Below are positions 8,904 to 18,904 of a stretch of 57,680 bases of DNA, in pieces. Origin of the DNA: Clostridiales bacterium (GTDB lineage: Bacteria; Bacillota; Clostridia; Christensenellales; JAISNN01); the NCBI GenBank assembly GCA_031273825.1, contig JAISRB010000055.1, positions 1-57,680 of the forward strand, read 5' to 3'. Every line of letters begins with the position of its first letter. The stretch's first letter is position 1. The notes below the pieces were generated by a model. That model made no database searches, had not been told where the DNA came from, and saw only the letters and a list, made by a program, of their open reading frames with translations. A program made the position numbers and the translations under genes.

Positions 8904-9497
8904 TCACTTAAACGATAGTTCTATTTCTTCGCGATTATACTCAAATACCCAATCCGAGTATTTGTTATAAATCGTACGGCGTATTGTCGTATCTAAAATA
9001 ACCACATCACAACCTCTTTCATCATAAATGTTAATTGCGCATTTTTGATTTACATCTACTAAAAACAACTGAGAATCCAGTTTCATTTCATAGGCGCGAC
9101 TCAAAAGAACTTTAAGTACATCCTCATTGTTATTTATTATATATACTCTTGCTTTTTGCATAACTTGATAGTCTTCGTCTTCGGCTTTTGACATAAACGT
9201 GTAAACGAATCGAGATTTGTTATTCTCTCCTAATAAATTTGAAATTGTTTTTATACAGCGCACTTCTGCATCCGTAATCTGAACAGCTATCAGTTTATCA
9301 GAAAAAAACATATCATTACAAAGGCTAAGAATGAAGCTCATTATATTTTTTTCTTCATATTGCCCATGTTCCGCAATCTCAAAGCGAATTGACCTGCCTA
9401 AATTATAATAATATAATGGCATTTCAATCCAAATGTCCTCGGTAAGTTGCCGATACAAGCGTTTTAAATTTTTAAAATCATCCATCACTGTCGCCAC
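8904..9497 (-). CDS. Probable cognate immunity protein (DUF3885-like, recall-based)
   Basis: 197-aa ORF whose start codon directly abuts the toxin stop (9497/9498). The C-terminal INIYDERGCDVVILD...YNKYSDWVFEYNREEI resembles DUF3885. Confidence 0.65.
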   Translation of the reverse strand: MATVMDDFKNLKRLYRQLTEDIWIEMPLYYYNLGRSIRFEIAEHGQYEEKNIMSFILSLCNDMFFSDKLIAVQITDAEVRCIKTISNLLGENNKSRFVYTFMSKAEDEDYQVMQKARVYIINNNEDVLKVLLSRAYEMKLDSQLFLVDVNQKCAINIYDERGCDVVILDTTIRRTIYNKYSDWVFEYNREEIELSFK

Positions 9498-12400
9498 CTA
9501 AAAGAGTCTTTTAATAATCTCAAACAACTTGCCTGCCTGACTGGAATGTTTATTGATAATCAGTTTTCCAGCCGCATCGGCATCGCCAAGTAATTTTAAA
9601 TACTTGCCGCCATGTTCCTCTAATATTTTTAGCGAAGAACCGCCATGCCCGGAGATATCATCTACCAAATAAACGCCATTTGGTTGCTTGTATGCTGTTA
9701 CAACTTTACCGCCCTGCGCTTTATATCTAACCGCAGCTGTAGCATCCTTTTTAATCCAACACGCCGCATTGTGAACCAACACTCCGTCATTATCACCGAC
9801 AAAGTAATTATGATTACCGTCAACCTCGAAGTTATAAACCTTAACGGGCTTTTCTAATATCTCATGCTGAATAGCTTCAACAACAACCTTTTGCCCATTA
9901 ACGTTGACGAGAATATCTCCCGCTCTTAAATCCTCGGCAGAAATCCATGCGCCGTTCGCAAAGAATTTATGTCCCGGCGTGGCAACTATCTCCTGTCCGT
10001 CGGAGGTCGTTATTTTTGTAAGCTCCGTTACTGTATTCTCAAATGTTTGGAGTACCCTTTTGTTTTCGACTTGCCCTATGGTTTCGTTATAACTCTTTAC
10101 GTAATCGCCTACCTTTATATCCTCTATCGCTTTTGTTGAACCGCTTGCTAATACTACGGCAGTACCCGCTACAAAGCAGAATTTTATCTTACTCAACGCC
10201 TTGCCCACGCCGTGGATTACCACGCCCGTGATAAAGCCGACCGTAAAGGCCTTTAATATATCCTCTATGCTGCCGCCCTCTGCCCATGTCATTGCGGCCT
10301 CCGTGCCGCCCTGCAATAAGCCCGCGCCGAGCCAGCCTATGCCCGGAATCGCGGCAAGCGCGCCCGACACCGCCGCTATACTTACGCGCACCCAATTTAT
10401 GTCTTTTATCTTTTTGCCTTGAACGACCGTCTGCATGAATATTTCCATGCCCGCACCGATAAACGCGCCCATGATATACGGCGCGGCGGCGGTTGCTATT
10501 CCGCAAGATACCACACTGAGAACGCCTATTATTATAACGCCCGTGAGGACTGCCCCGACCGCAAGAGCCGCGCCCGCAAGCCTGTCAAGCCATGTCGCTT
10601 TATCCTCTTCCTCTTGCGGAAAATCAAGCACGGACAAATTTCCGTTCTCGTCGACCCAATAATACTGATTCGGGCCGACCATTCGCTCCATTTGGTAGAA
10701 TTCCTCAACGTCAATCCCTAACAAGCTCTCGTCTTGATTGCTCAAATAATAAGCGTCAAGCGCGGAATAGCTGATATACACAAAATTCATTGTGTCCACG
10801 GTAAAGCCGTTCGCGGTTTGCTCCGCGATATACCTCTCATATTCGCCCTTAGCAATCACGGGGTCAAGTAAGGTGTTGAGCGAAGTTGCGCTAACATTGT
10901 ATGCCGCGCCTAAATCGGGGTCAAAAACATTGCGTCCGTCGTCATAGCTATACACCGCGCCGTACTCCGGATTGTATACGCTCTCGTCGGCGGCAGAAGT
11001 ATACAATACTTCCGTTCCGGTTACGCTATACACGACATATTGTCCGTCCGCGACGTAGTGACACGGACCGTAGCTTTCGGTGAAGCTCAATATGTAGCCG
11101 TAGGCTACCGTTTCTATACCTTCGTCCGATTGCTCGCCGTCCGGCTCTTGCGCGTATGCGTCTATTATATAAACTCCGTTCTCTATATCCTCTTCGGTTA
11201 TCTCGGCTTGCCGCGGGAACGCGACAAAGCCCGCGCCGAAGTATATTGTTTCGTCGCTCTCCTCCCCGCTCTCGTAAGCTTCGGCGTAGTCGGAATACCC
11301 CAAGCCCAAAACCTCCGCGCCGCCCTGCAATAGGGCTTTTGCCGGAAACACGTCGTAGCCCAAGGAATACAAATCGAGCATGATAAGCGCGTATAAAAAC
11401 GCCTCCCCGTCGGAAATGTCAAGCGCATTGTCTTGACCGCCCGCCTCACCCGACGCATTCACCGCGCTCATAAAGGTAGCTATTACTTCATCCTTTGTCG
11501 GTTTGTTTTCGATTTCGGAATTGCCAAATTCTAATCCGTTAAACAACGACGCGTCGGAATAGGTCTGCTCCGTCTGCGCGGTTGTTTCTTGTTGTCCCGC
11601 TTTGATTAAGCCTTGCCACGCTCCGAGCCTATCCCAATCGCCGAACGCGCTCAGCGCGAACAGCGCAACGACAAGCGCAAGCGCGGTGACCGTCGAAAAC
11701 GAACCGAGCTTTGCGAAACCGACCTTTTTTGCTCTCTTTGGCTTTAGCTCAAATGAAACCAAGCGCATATTCTCCGCCGTGACGGGCGGTTTGCAGGCGG
11801 TTCTATTCTTAATTTGACCGACTAAAGCCGACCCGAATAAGCCCTGTCTTTCGCGTCTTTTGGCGGCGATATATACTATAGCCAAAGCGAATACTGCAAA
11901 AAGCGTCGCGAGCAAGCCCGCTTGCGATTGACTTGACAAGCTCAAGCCGCTTTCCGCCGCGGCCGCGGTTCCGCTCCCATACGGCGACGCCGTTCCCGCC
12001 GCCGCGCTTTGCCCCTGCGCTCCGCCCGTCGCTCTCGCTGTCCAAATCGCCTCAAGCATGATTTTACCGCCAGCGTTTTCGGGAACTGTCATTGTTCCGC
12101 CCGTATAAATTTTCCCGGAAATCGACGTCGTTCTCCACACCCAGCCGACAAGCGTATACCCAGCCCTTGTCGGATTCGGCATGGCAAGCGCCGCCCCCGC
12201 GAAGCCTTGCGCAAACGTCGGGTCAAGCGTCCCGTCGACAAAATGAACGCGCGTCCGCCCTCCCGTACCGTTTTCTAAGCCGTCAAGCGAAACGTCGCCG
12301 TTCCTTATCCACAGCGCGTCTAAGCGCATAGCCGTCACGTTGGCAAGGCTTGTTATCTGTCCGTAATATACCTTGCCGACTCCCGCGCTTTCCTCTAAAT

Positions 12401-13586
12401 ACCACCCGAAAAAGGTGAAGCCCGACCGCGTCGGGAACGGCAAAAGCACCTTTTCGCCGGCGTGAGCCGTTATCGTCTGATAGAGATTGCCGTCGTAAAG
12501 AGAAATATTCGTTTCAAGATAATTCCACACGGCAACGAACGTCGGGCTTGCCGTAGTCGGTGTAAACGCGCCGCTATAGACCGCTCCGCCGTATTCCCAG
12601 CCGCCGAATGCCCAACCGTCTTTTTGCGCCGTCGGAAGCTCTATCGGCGTTCCGATTTCTACCTTTATCGACGGTATAGATCCGCCGCCGTCCGTGTCAA
12701 AATTGAGGTAGGTATATCGTTGCGTGACCTGTTGCCAAATATAGAGCGTACCGCTTCTGTCGGGCGTAAATTTGCCGTTCGTGATAAGCGTATCGTCATA
12801 AACCCAACCGTCAAAGACAAACAATTCGTTAGAAAGCGTAGGAATAGGCAATTCGATTTCTTGCCCGGCAAACGCCCGGTAGTAGGTCGTTATCGTTTCG
12901 TCCTCAAATTCCAATTCAAGATAAATATCGGCGTATCCTACGGGATTGTCGATTATCACCTCAAAAGAAAAATCGTTGCCGAGCCTGTCGACCAAAGTAA
13001 AGCTATATACTCCGCCCTCCGCAAACCAAATGTCCGCGACCTCATCGAAGGTATAGATCCGCGTATTTCCGTCCTTTGTAATCTTGACTATGCTATATGG
13101 GTCAAGCTCGTTGACCAAAGCCTTTAGAATAAAGCCGTGCGCGTAAACCGTCGCGGCGTTGCTCTTGCCGATTGTCCGCTCGGTCAATATTCCGTCGCGG
13201 AAAATTTCGAATACCGCCTCTCCCGTCATGTCTCCCGGACGGATATACACCGCCTCATATTCGCTGAATTCTCCGAAAACGTTGGTTTCTCTCACGGTAT
13301 AGATTCCCGTCGGCGCGTTGACTAACCCAAGCTGATATTCGACCGAAACGCCGTAGAGAATGTCGTACCGCGTTTCCGTTCCTTTGAGCGTCAAACTTAC
13401 GCTCTCGCTCTCAAAGCCGCCGATATGCAAAAACGCGAACTCCAACACGCCCTCCTCTATGTCGCCCGTCTCCGGCGAAACATAGCGGTATTTGCGTCCG
13501 TTCAACGACGGCAAACCGGCTTTCATATATTCCTGCTCGTCGTCGTTAAGGAAAACGATAACGTCGCGGTCAAAGCTCATCTCCAA
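9498..13586 (-). CDS. Polymorphic toxin: B-repeat region / TM cluster / Hint domain / C-terminal toxin tip. The ORF may be chimeric.
   Basis: 1362-aa ORF with four InlB-type (Listeria-Bacteroides) repeats (FDGWVYDD, FGGWEYGG, FFGWYLEE, LVGWVWRT). A pre-toxin TM cluster is followed by the Hint domain CFVAGT...GHKFF...VLVHN and an 89-aa tail. The first codon is TTG, and an ATG lies at 13580. Confidence 0.85.
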   Translation of the reverse strand: MEMSFDRDVIVFLNDDEQEYMKAGLPSLNGRKYRYVSPETGDIEEGVLEFAFLHIGGFESESVSLTLKGTETRYDILYGVSVEYQLGLVNAPTGIYTVRETNVFGEFSEYEAVYIRPGDMTGEAVFEIFRDGILTERTIGKSNAATVYAHGFILKALVNELDPYSIVKITKDGNTRIYTFDEVADIWFAEGGVYSFTLVDRLGNDFSFEVIIDNPVGYADIYLELEFEDETITTYYRAFAGQEIELPIPTLSNELFVFDGWVYDDTLITNGKFTPDRSGTLYIWQQVTQRYTYLNFDTDGGGSIPSIKVEIGTPIELPTAQKDGWAFGGWEYGGAVYSGAFTPTTASPTFVAVWNYLETNISLYDGNLYQTITAHAGEKVLLPFPTRSGFTFFGWYLEESAGVGKVYYGQITSLANVTAMRLDALWIRNGDVSLDGLENGTGGRTRVHFVDGTLDPTFAQGFAGAALAMPNPTRAGYTLVGWVWRTTSISGKIYTGGTMTVPENAGGKIMLEAIWTARATGGAQGQSAAAGTASPYGSGTAAAAESGLSLSSQSQAGLLATLFAVFALAIVYIAAKRRERQGLFGSALVGQIKNRTACKPPVTAENMRLVSFELKPKRAKKVGFAKLGSFSTVTALALVVALFALSAFGDWDRLGAWQGLIKAGQQETTAQTEQTYSDASLFNGLEFGNSEIENKPTKDEVIATFMSAVNASGEAGGQDNALDISDGEAFLYALIMLDLYSLGYDVFPAKALLQGGAEVLGLGYSDYAEAYESGEESDETIYFGAGFVAFPRQAEITEEDIENGVYIIDAYAQEPDGEQSDEGIETVAYGYILSFTESYGPCHYVADGQYVVYSVTGTEVLYTSAADESVYNPEYGAVYSYDDGRNVFDPDLGAAYNVSATSLNTLLDPVIAKGEYERYIAEQTANGFTVDTMNFVYISYSALDAYYLSNQDESLLGIDVEEFYQMERMVGPNQYYWVDENGNLSVLDFPQEEEDKATWLDRLAGAALAVGAVLTGVIIIGVLSVVSCGIATAAAPYIMGAFIGAGMEIFMQTVVQGKKIKDINWVRVSIAAVSGALAAIPGIGWLGAGLLQGGTEAAMTWAEGGSIEDILKAFTVGFITGVVIHGVGKALSKIKFCFVAGTAVVLASGSTKAIEDIKVGDYVKSYNETIGQVENKRVLQTFENTVTELTKITTSDGQEIVATPGHKFFANGAWISAEDLRAGDILVNVNGQKVVVEAIQHEILEKPVKVYNFEVDGNHNYFVGDNDGVLVHNAACWIKKDATAAVRYKAQGGKVVTAYKQPNGVYLVDDISGHGGSSLKILEEHGGKYLKLLGDADAAGKLIINKHSSQAGKLFEIIKRLF
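9501..9767 (-). other. C-terminal 89-aa toxin tip, family unassigned
   Basis: AACWIKKDATAAVRYKAQGGKVVTAYKQPNGVYLVDDISGHGGSSLKILEEHGGKYLKLLGDADAAGKLIINKHSSQAGKLFEIIKRLF lies immediately after Hint HN. Confidence 0.6.
9768..10178 (-). other. Hint (intein-like autoprocessing) domain of the toxin
   Basis: 137 aa from Cys (codon 10176-10178) of KF|CFVAGTAVV to the terminal VLVHN. Confidence 0.8.
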
Positions 13587-14004
13587 AACCGATTCTCCCT
13601 TGTCTGTTTATACTTGGTAACAGTATACCAAATCAACAATAATTTGTCAATAATTTCATTTGTGGTTTTAATATTTCAATTCAGAGTCATTCATTTGCGT
13701 AATTTGTGCCTTCATTTATGATTTATGGTAATTTTAGTTGATATTAAAAGTTTCAAAATAAGAGGTTTTTCGATTTTACGATTATACAATTTTACAAAAA
13801 CAATATAAAGCAATATGTGTAGACGCCGCTCGGAGATAGTCTGCCGCAATTTTCCCGTTTTATTATTTGACAAGGTATTATTTTAATATTGACTAACCGC
13901 AATCACCGCCCCCTAATTCCTACTAACCGCCGCCCGCCTTTCACCGGCTTTTTTGTTCCAAAAATTTTTTTTGCAACTTTTTTTAAAAACATGCCTTATT
14001 TTAT

Positions 14005-14033
14005 TTGACATTTATCCGAGCGAATAATATAAT
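14005..14033 (+). promoter_or_regulatory. Consensus sigma-A type promoter upstream of glnN
   Basis: TTGACA (14005-14010), a 17-nt spacer, then TATAAT (14028-14033). Confidence 0.6.
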
Positions 14034-14051
14034 ATTTATAAAGTAGCAAGG

Positions 14052-14089
14052 GCGCTAATGGTTTTTTTCGTTAGCGCTTTTAACTTTTT
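14052..14089 (+). terminator. Leader hairpin plus U-tract (possible attenuator) in the glnN 5' UTR
   Basis: GCGCTAA (14052-58) / TTAGCGC (14071-77) with a 12-nt loop, followed by TTTTAACTTTTT. It sits between the promoter and the ATG at 14198. Confidence 0.4.
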
Positions 14090-14197
14090 ATGAGGGCTTT
14101 CGATTTTTATCACAATCTAAGCCCGCGTAAGGTTTAAAAAAAAAGACAAATTATCTATCAAAACAACATTATCATCTAAAAGGAGAAGTATCAAATT

Positions 14198-16291
<2,094 letters not shown>

Positions 16292-16347
16292 CACTTTTTA
16301 AGGATATCTCTAATTTAGCTTTTTCCTTCTTACTTCCCTTTTTAAAA

Positions 16348-16379
16348 ACCGACGGCTTTAAACCCCGTCGGTTTTTTTT
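16348..16379 (+). terminator. Rho-independent terminator of glnN
   Basis: ACCGACGG-N8-CCGTCGGT followed by a T8 run. Confidence 0.8.
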
Positions 16380-16380
16380 A

Positions 16381-16680
16381 ATAGGGCTTACGCATTCGCG
16401 CAAGCCCTATTTAGGGGAAACATGCTCGTTTCGCATTCGCTCCACTCGCCGAGTTTCCCCTCTTGCGTCAACAAGTAGACGCAATTCACCCCTTTTCGCG
16501 CGCTTTGCGCGTTAAGGGGGACAACCAAAAAGCGCGGTTTTTGGTTGCCCTAAGTGAAGTGATAGGGCTTACGCATAGTCAAAGCGTGTCAAAAACGCGG
16601 TTTTTTTTAATAGGGCTTACGCATTCGCATAAGCCCTATACAGGGGAAACATGCTCGTTTCGCATTCGCGCAAGCCCTCT
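16381..16680 (-). repeat. Mosaic multi-hairpin intergenic repeat, copy 3 (inverted relative to copies 1 and 2)
   Basis: The reverse complement is collinear with copies 1 and 2. It carries three TAGGGCTTACGCAT-type modules and the GGGCAACCAAAAA hairpin. Confidence 0.85.
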
Positions 16681-16776
16681 TTCATGGAAAACAAATACTT
16701 CAGCAAAACAAATGCTTTTTAAGGCTTAGCGCATAGTCCCGTTATATTTTGGGATACGCCGCAATAGACTAATAGC

Positions 16777-17016
16777 ATGATTGTTTACTTAGAAAACCTT
16801 GCCGTCTTTTTGTGCGGGCTTTTTATATCGGCGGGCTTGGCGTGGGTGTTAAAAAACAAGCCGCGCTATGTCTGCGCCGCGCTTTTGAACGCCCTGCTCG
16901 GAGGTATAATCTATGTAGCCGTAATCTGCTTTTCCAAATCCGCCACGCTTTCGGTATACTCGTCGTTTTTGACGGGAACGCTCGGCGTAATAGGCTTTAT
17001 CATATCGCTTTTTTAG
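16777..17016 (+). CDS. Small membrane protein, BofA-like (pro-sigma-K processing inhibitor family; tentative)
   Basis: 79 aa with two hydrophobic helices. LNALLGGIIYV...LTGTLGVIGFI resembles the BofA pattern. Confidence 0.5.
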   Translation: MIVYLENLAVFLCGLFISAGLAWVLKNKPRYVCAALLNALLGGIIYVAVICFSKSATLSVYSSFLTGTLGVIGFIISLF

Positions 17017-17035
17017 CGGTTCTTTCATAAAGTTA

Positions 17036-17100
17036 TTGACAAAGCTTGCCCCCCGTTCATTCACATAGTTATTCATAAAGCTTGCCTTTCCGATTTTGAC
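17036..17100. repeat. Iteron-like repeat, array A (1 good and 1 degenerate unit)
   Basis: TTGACAAAGCTTGCCCCCCGTTCATTCAC (17036-17064) and TTCATAAAGCTTGCCTTTCCGATTTTGAC (17072-17100). The motif is the same as at 18400-18517. Confidence 0.7.
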
Positions 17101-17192
17101 AGCCTTTCGCCCACGTCGAACTCGTTCAGCCTCATGATTTCGTTGATTTGCTCGTCGGTCAAGCCTAAATCCTTTAGTTTTTGTCTTTGCAT
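17073..17192 (-). CDS. 39-aa ORF resembling the N-terminus of phage scaffold-type proteins (possible gene remnant)
   Basis: MQRQKLKDLGLTDEQINEIMRLNEFDVGERLSKSERQAL, preceded by AAGGAGAG. It is absent from the ORF track because it is under 60 aa. It stops inside repeat array A. Confidence 0.3.
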   Translation of the reverse strand: MQRQKLKDLGLTDEQINEIMRLNEFDVGERLSKSERQAL

Positions 17193-17376
17193 TTGTTGCT
17201 ACTCTCCTTGTTTCGGTGGGAAACACCGTCGCGCCGTATTCGCCGCGCCCGCGTATTTTTTTGCTCCTTTACGGGATTAGCTTTCGAGGTATAAAAAAAG
17301 GACTGCCCCACGAAAGGGTCGTCCTTAGATTATCTTTGTTTATTGGGTTTTGCAGTCGAGTGTAAAAAGGGGCGAT

Positions 17377-17589
17377 TTACTTCTCAAATTGCTTCTTTTC
17401 CTCGTCCGTTAATGTGCGAAAATCAACGGGACCGTGTTTTTCAGCATAGGCGGATATCTTGCGAATGCTATATTTTCGGTCAAACGCCTCGCTTTCCGGA
17501 GTTGATGGTACGACATAGCCGCCCTCTCGAGCCGCCGCGTCGTCAAGCTCGCCCATACCTTTAAAAAATGCCCTTCTTTCTTCTGTCAT
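17377..17589 (-). CDS. Hypothetical 70-aa protein
   Basis: ORF 6 nt downstream of the 256-aa gene. It is followed on the minus strand by a hairpin and a T7 run (about 17291-17326). Confidence 0.55.
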   Translation of the reverse strand: MTEERRAFFKGMGELDDAAAREGGYVVPSTPESEAFDRKYSIRKISAYAEKHGPVDFRTLTDEEKKQFEK

Positions 17590-17595
17590 GATATC

Positions 17596-18366
17596 TTATT
17601 CTCCACTGTCAATTACATAATATTTGTTTACGAGTTCGTAAAGACGATTATTTTTCACTTCCATGAGGGGCGAGCCTTTTTCATTGTATCCGAAAAATTC
17701 CGCTCCAAACTTCTTGCCATAGTATTCCATAAGATTTGTTTTAGATGCAAAATAGATATGATTATATCCTTTTTCTATGCTTTGTTTACCGGCAAAGGCG
17801 AATAAGTTTCCTCCGACGCCCTCAAGCTTTCCGTCTTGACCTCTGTTTTGTATCGCGCTTTCCGCTAAGTCAACCTTGAATGTTCTGTTCTCGGCCTCCT
17901 CGTGAAAGGTCACAAGTCCCTGTATAGATTTGTCTGTTTCAAGCCTAAGCGCGTAAATCTCATGCCCGAGCCGTTCCTCTTTGCTCCAGTCGAAACTGAC
18001 AAAGCCGGCTTTCTTGTAATTAAACTCCTTTATGTCGATTTTTTCAACCTTAGTGTCAATTTCCTTGCCGGTTTTTCTATCGATGACGCAAGCCGTCAAC
18101 TTATCAATTTCTATATTTATTATACTCTCATTTTGCGTTTTTGTCAAGTCGTTTCTATATATTTGAGCGGTTTTAGGCATTTTCGGCGTCGTTCCCCCGC
18201 CTATCTGCTCCCGATTGCTGTTGCGGTATAAATACAGCCGTTCCTCGTTTGATTGCTTTATCAACGCCCTTTGCGCCGCCTGCCACTCGACTACCTTGCG
18301 CGAGGCGGCCTCTCTGTCGGCTACCGTTAAGCTCCCCGCCTCAACGCGTTTCCACTGCCTTATCAT
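17596..18366 (-). CDS. Hypothetical protein with a GNAT-fold-like C-terminal half
   Basis: 256 aa. C-terminal IYALRLETDKSIQGLVTFH...LEGVGGNLFAFAGKQSIEKGYNHIYFASKTNLMEYYGKKFGAEF resembles acetyltransferase-fold proteins carried on mobile elements. Confidence 0.6.
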   Translation of the reverse strand: MIRQWKRVEAGSLTVADREAASRKVVEWQAAQRALIKQSNEERLYLYRNSNREQIGGGTTPKMPKTAQIYRNDLTKTQNESIINIEIDKLTACVIDRKTGKEIDTKVEKIDIKEFNYKKAGFVSFDWSKEERLGHEIYALRLETDKSIQGLVTFHEEAENRTFKVDLAESAIQNRGQDGKLEGVGGNLFAFAGKQSIEKGYNHIYFASKTNLMEYYGKKFGAEFFGYNEKGSPLMEVKNNRLYELVNKYYVIDSGE

Positions 18367-18399
18367 GCGTTCGTTGTGCCGCTGTTGTTGTATGCGCTA

Positions 18400-18517
18400 T
18401 TGACAAAGCCCGCCCTCATTCACTCATAGATATATTGACAAAGCTTGCCTCGTTCACTCATTGACAAAGCCCGCCCGTTCACTCATGAGATATTTACAAA
18501 GCCCGTCACGTTCATTC
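18400..18517. repeat. Iteron-like direct repeats, array B (4 units)
   Basis: TTGACAAAGCCCGCCCTCATTCACTCAT (18400), TTGACAAAGCTTGCCTCGTTCACTCA (18435), TTGACAAAGCCCGCCCGTTCACTCAT (18461) and TTTACAAAGCCCGTCACGTTCATTC (18493). Confidence 0.8.
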
Positions 18518-18904
18518 GGCCGACGCGCTCAAAGTCTCCTCCTCCAAAAGCCGCTCTGTCGCGGCGATTTTGTTTTTTATGCTTATATATATTTGCGAAA
18601 GCCTGAATACATAAAGCTGTTTGTCCGCATAATCGAGACCGGCATAAAACTGCTTATCCATCAGCCTGCCTATAGGGTTGATTATCACCTCGCCGCAATC
18701 CTCCAAAATATTTTTTACATCCGAATAATACCTCTCCTCCTCCTTTGTCAAAGCAAAATCATCGACGGCCTTTTTTGTCATCTTGCCCTCGCGCTCCTCT
18801 AACCTGCGCTTTTCCTTGACCTCGCTCCAATATCCGAGTTTCATTCGCTTTTTGGCCTCCGTCGCAAGCGATTGTATAGTGCTGTTCTTTGCCGTTGGTC
18901 TCAT
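18512..18904 (-). CDS. Hypothetical 130-aa protein
   Basis: ATG at 18904 is preceded by GAGGAGG. The track's longer ORF starts at a TTG that contains this RBS. Charged and helical; no family recognised. Confidence 0.6.
   Translation of the reverse strand: MRPTAKNSTIQSLATEAKKRMKLGYWSEVKEKRRLEEREGKMTKKAVDDFALTKEEERYYSDVKNILEDCGEVIINPIGRLMDKQFYAGLDYADKQLYVFRLSQIYISIKNKIAATERLLEEETLSASAE

Noticed and set aside
12462-13127. Long antisense ORFs inside well-supported genes: 12462..13127, 14528..15163, 20999..21961, 24568..25416, 37859..38425, 42103..42945 and 48857..49861.
   Set aside because: All lie opposite genes with clear family motifs. Their Arg/Val/Lys-rich compositions are typical of antisense frames of GC-rich coding DNA.
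6162-13586. Searched the island for an integrase, transposase or recombinase that would mark it as a classical mobile element.
   Set aside because: No ORF on either strand shows Tyr or Ser recombinase or DDE motifs. The island is better explained by homologous cassette exchange.
16463-16729. 88-aa ORF inside repeat copy 3.
   Set aside because: It lies entirely within the multi-hairpin repeat. The equivalent regions of copies 1 and 2 do not keep an ORF.
16849-17226. 125-aa minus-strand ORF overlapping the BofA-like gene.
   Set aside because: It is antisense to a plausible membrane-protein gene, basic and low-complexity, and runs through repeat array A. A different frame gives the better-supported 39-aa ORF with an SD.
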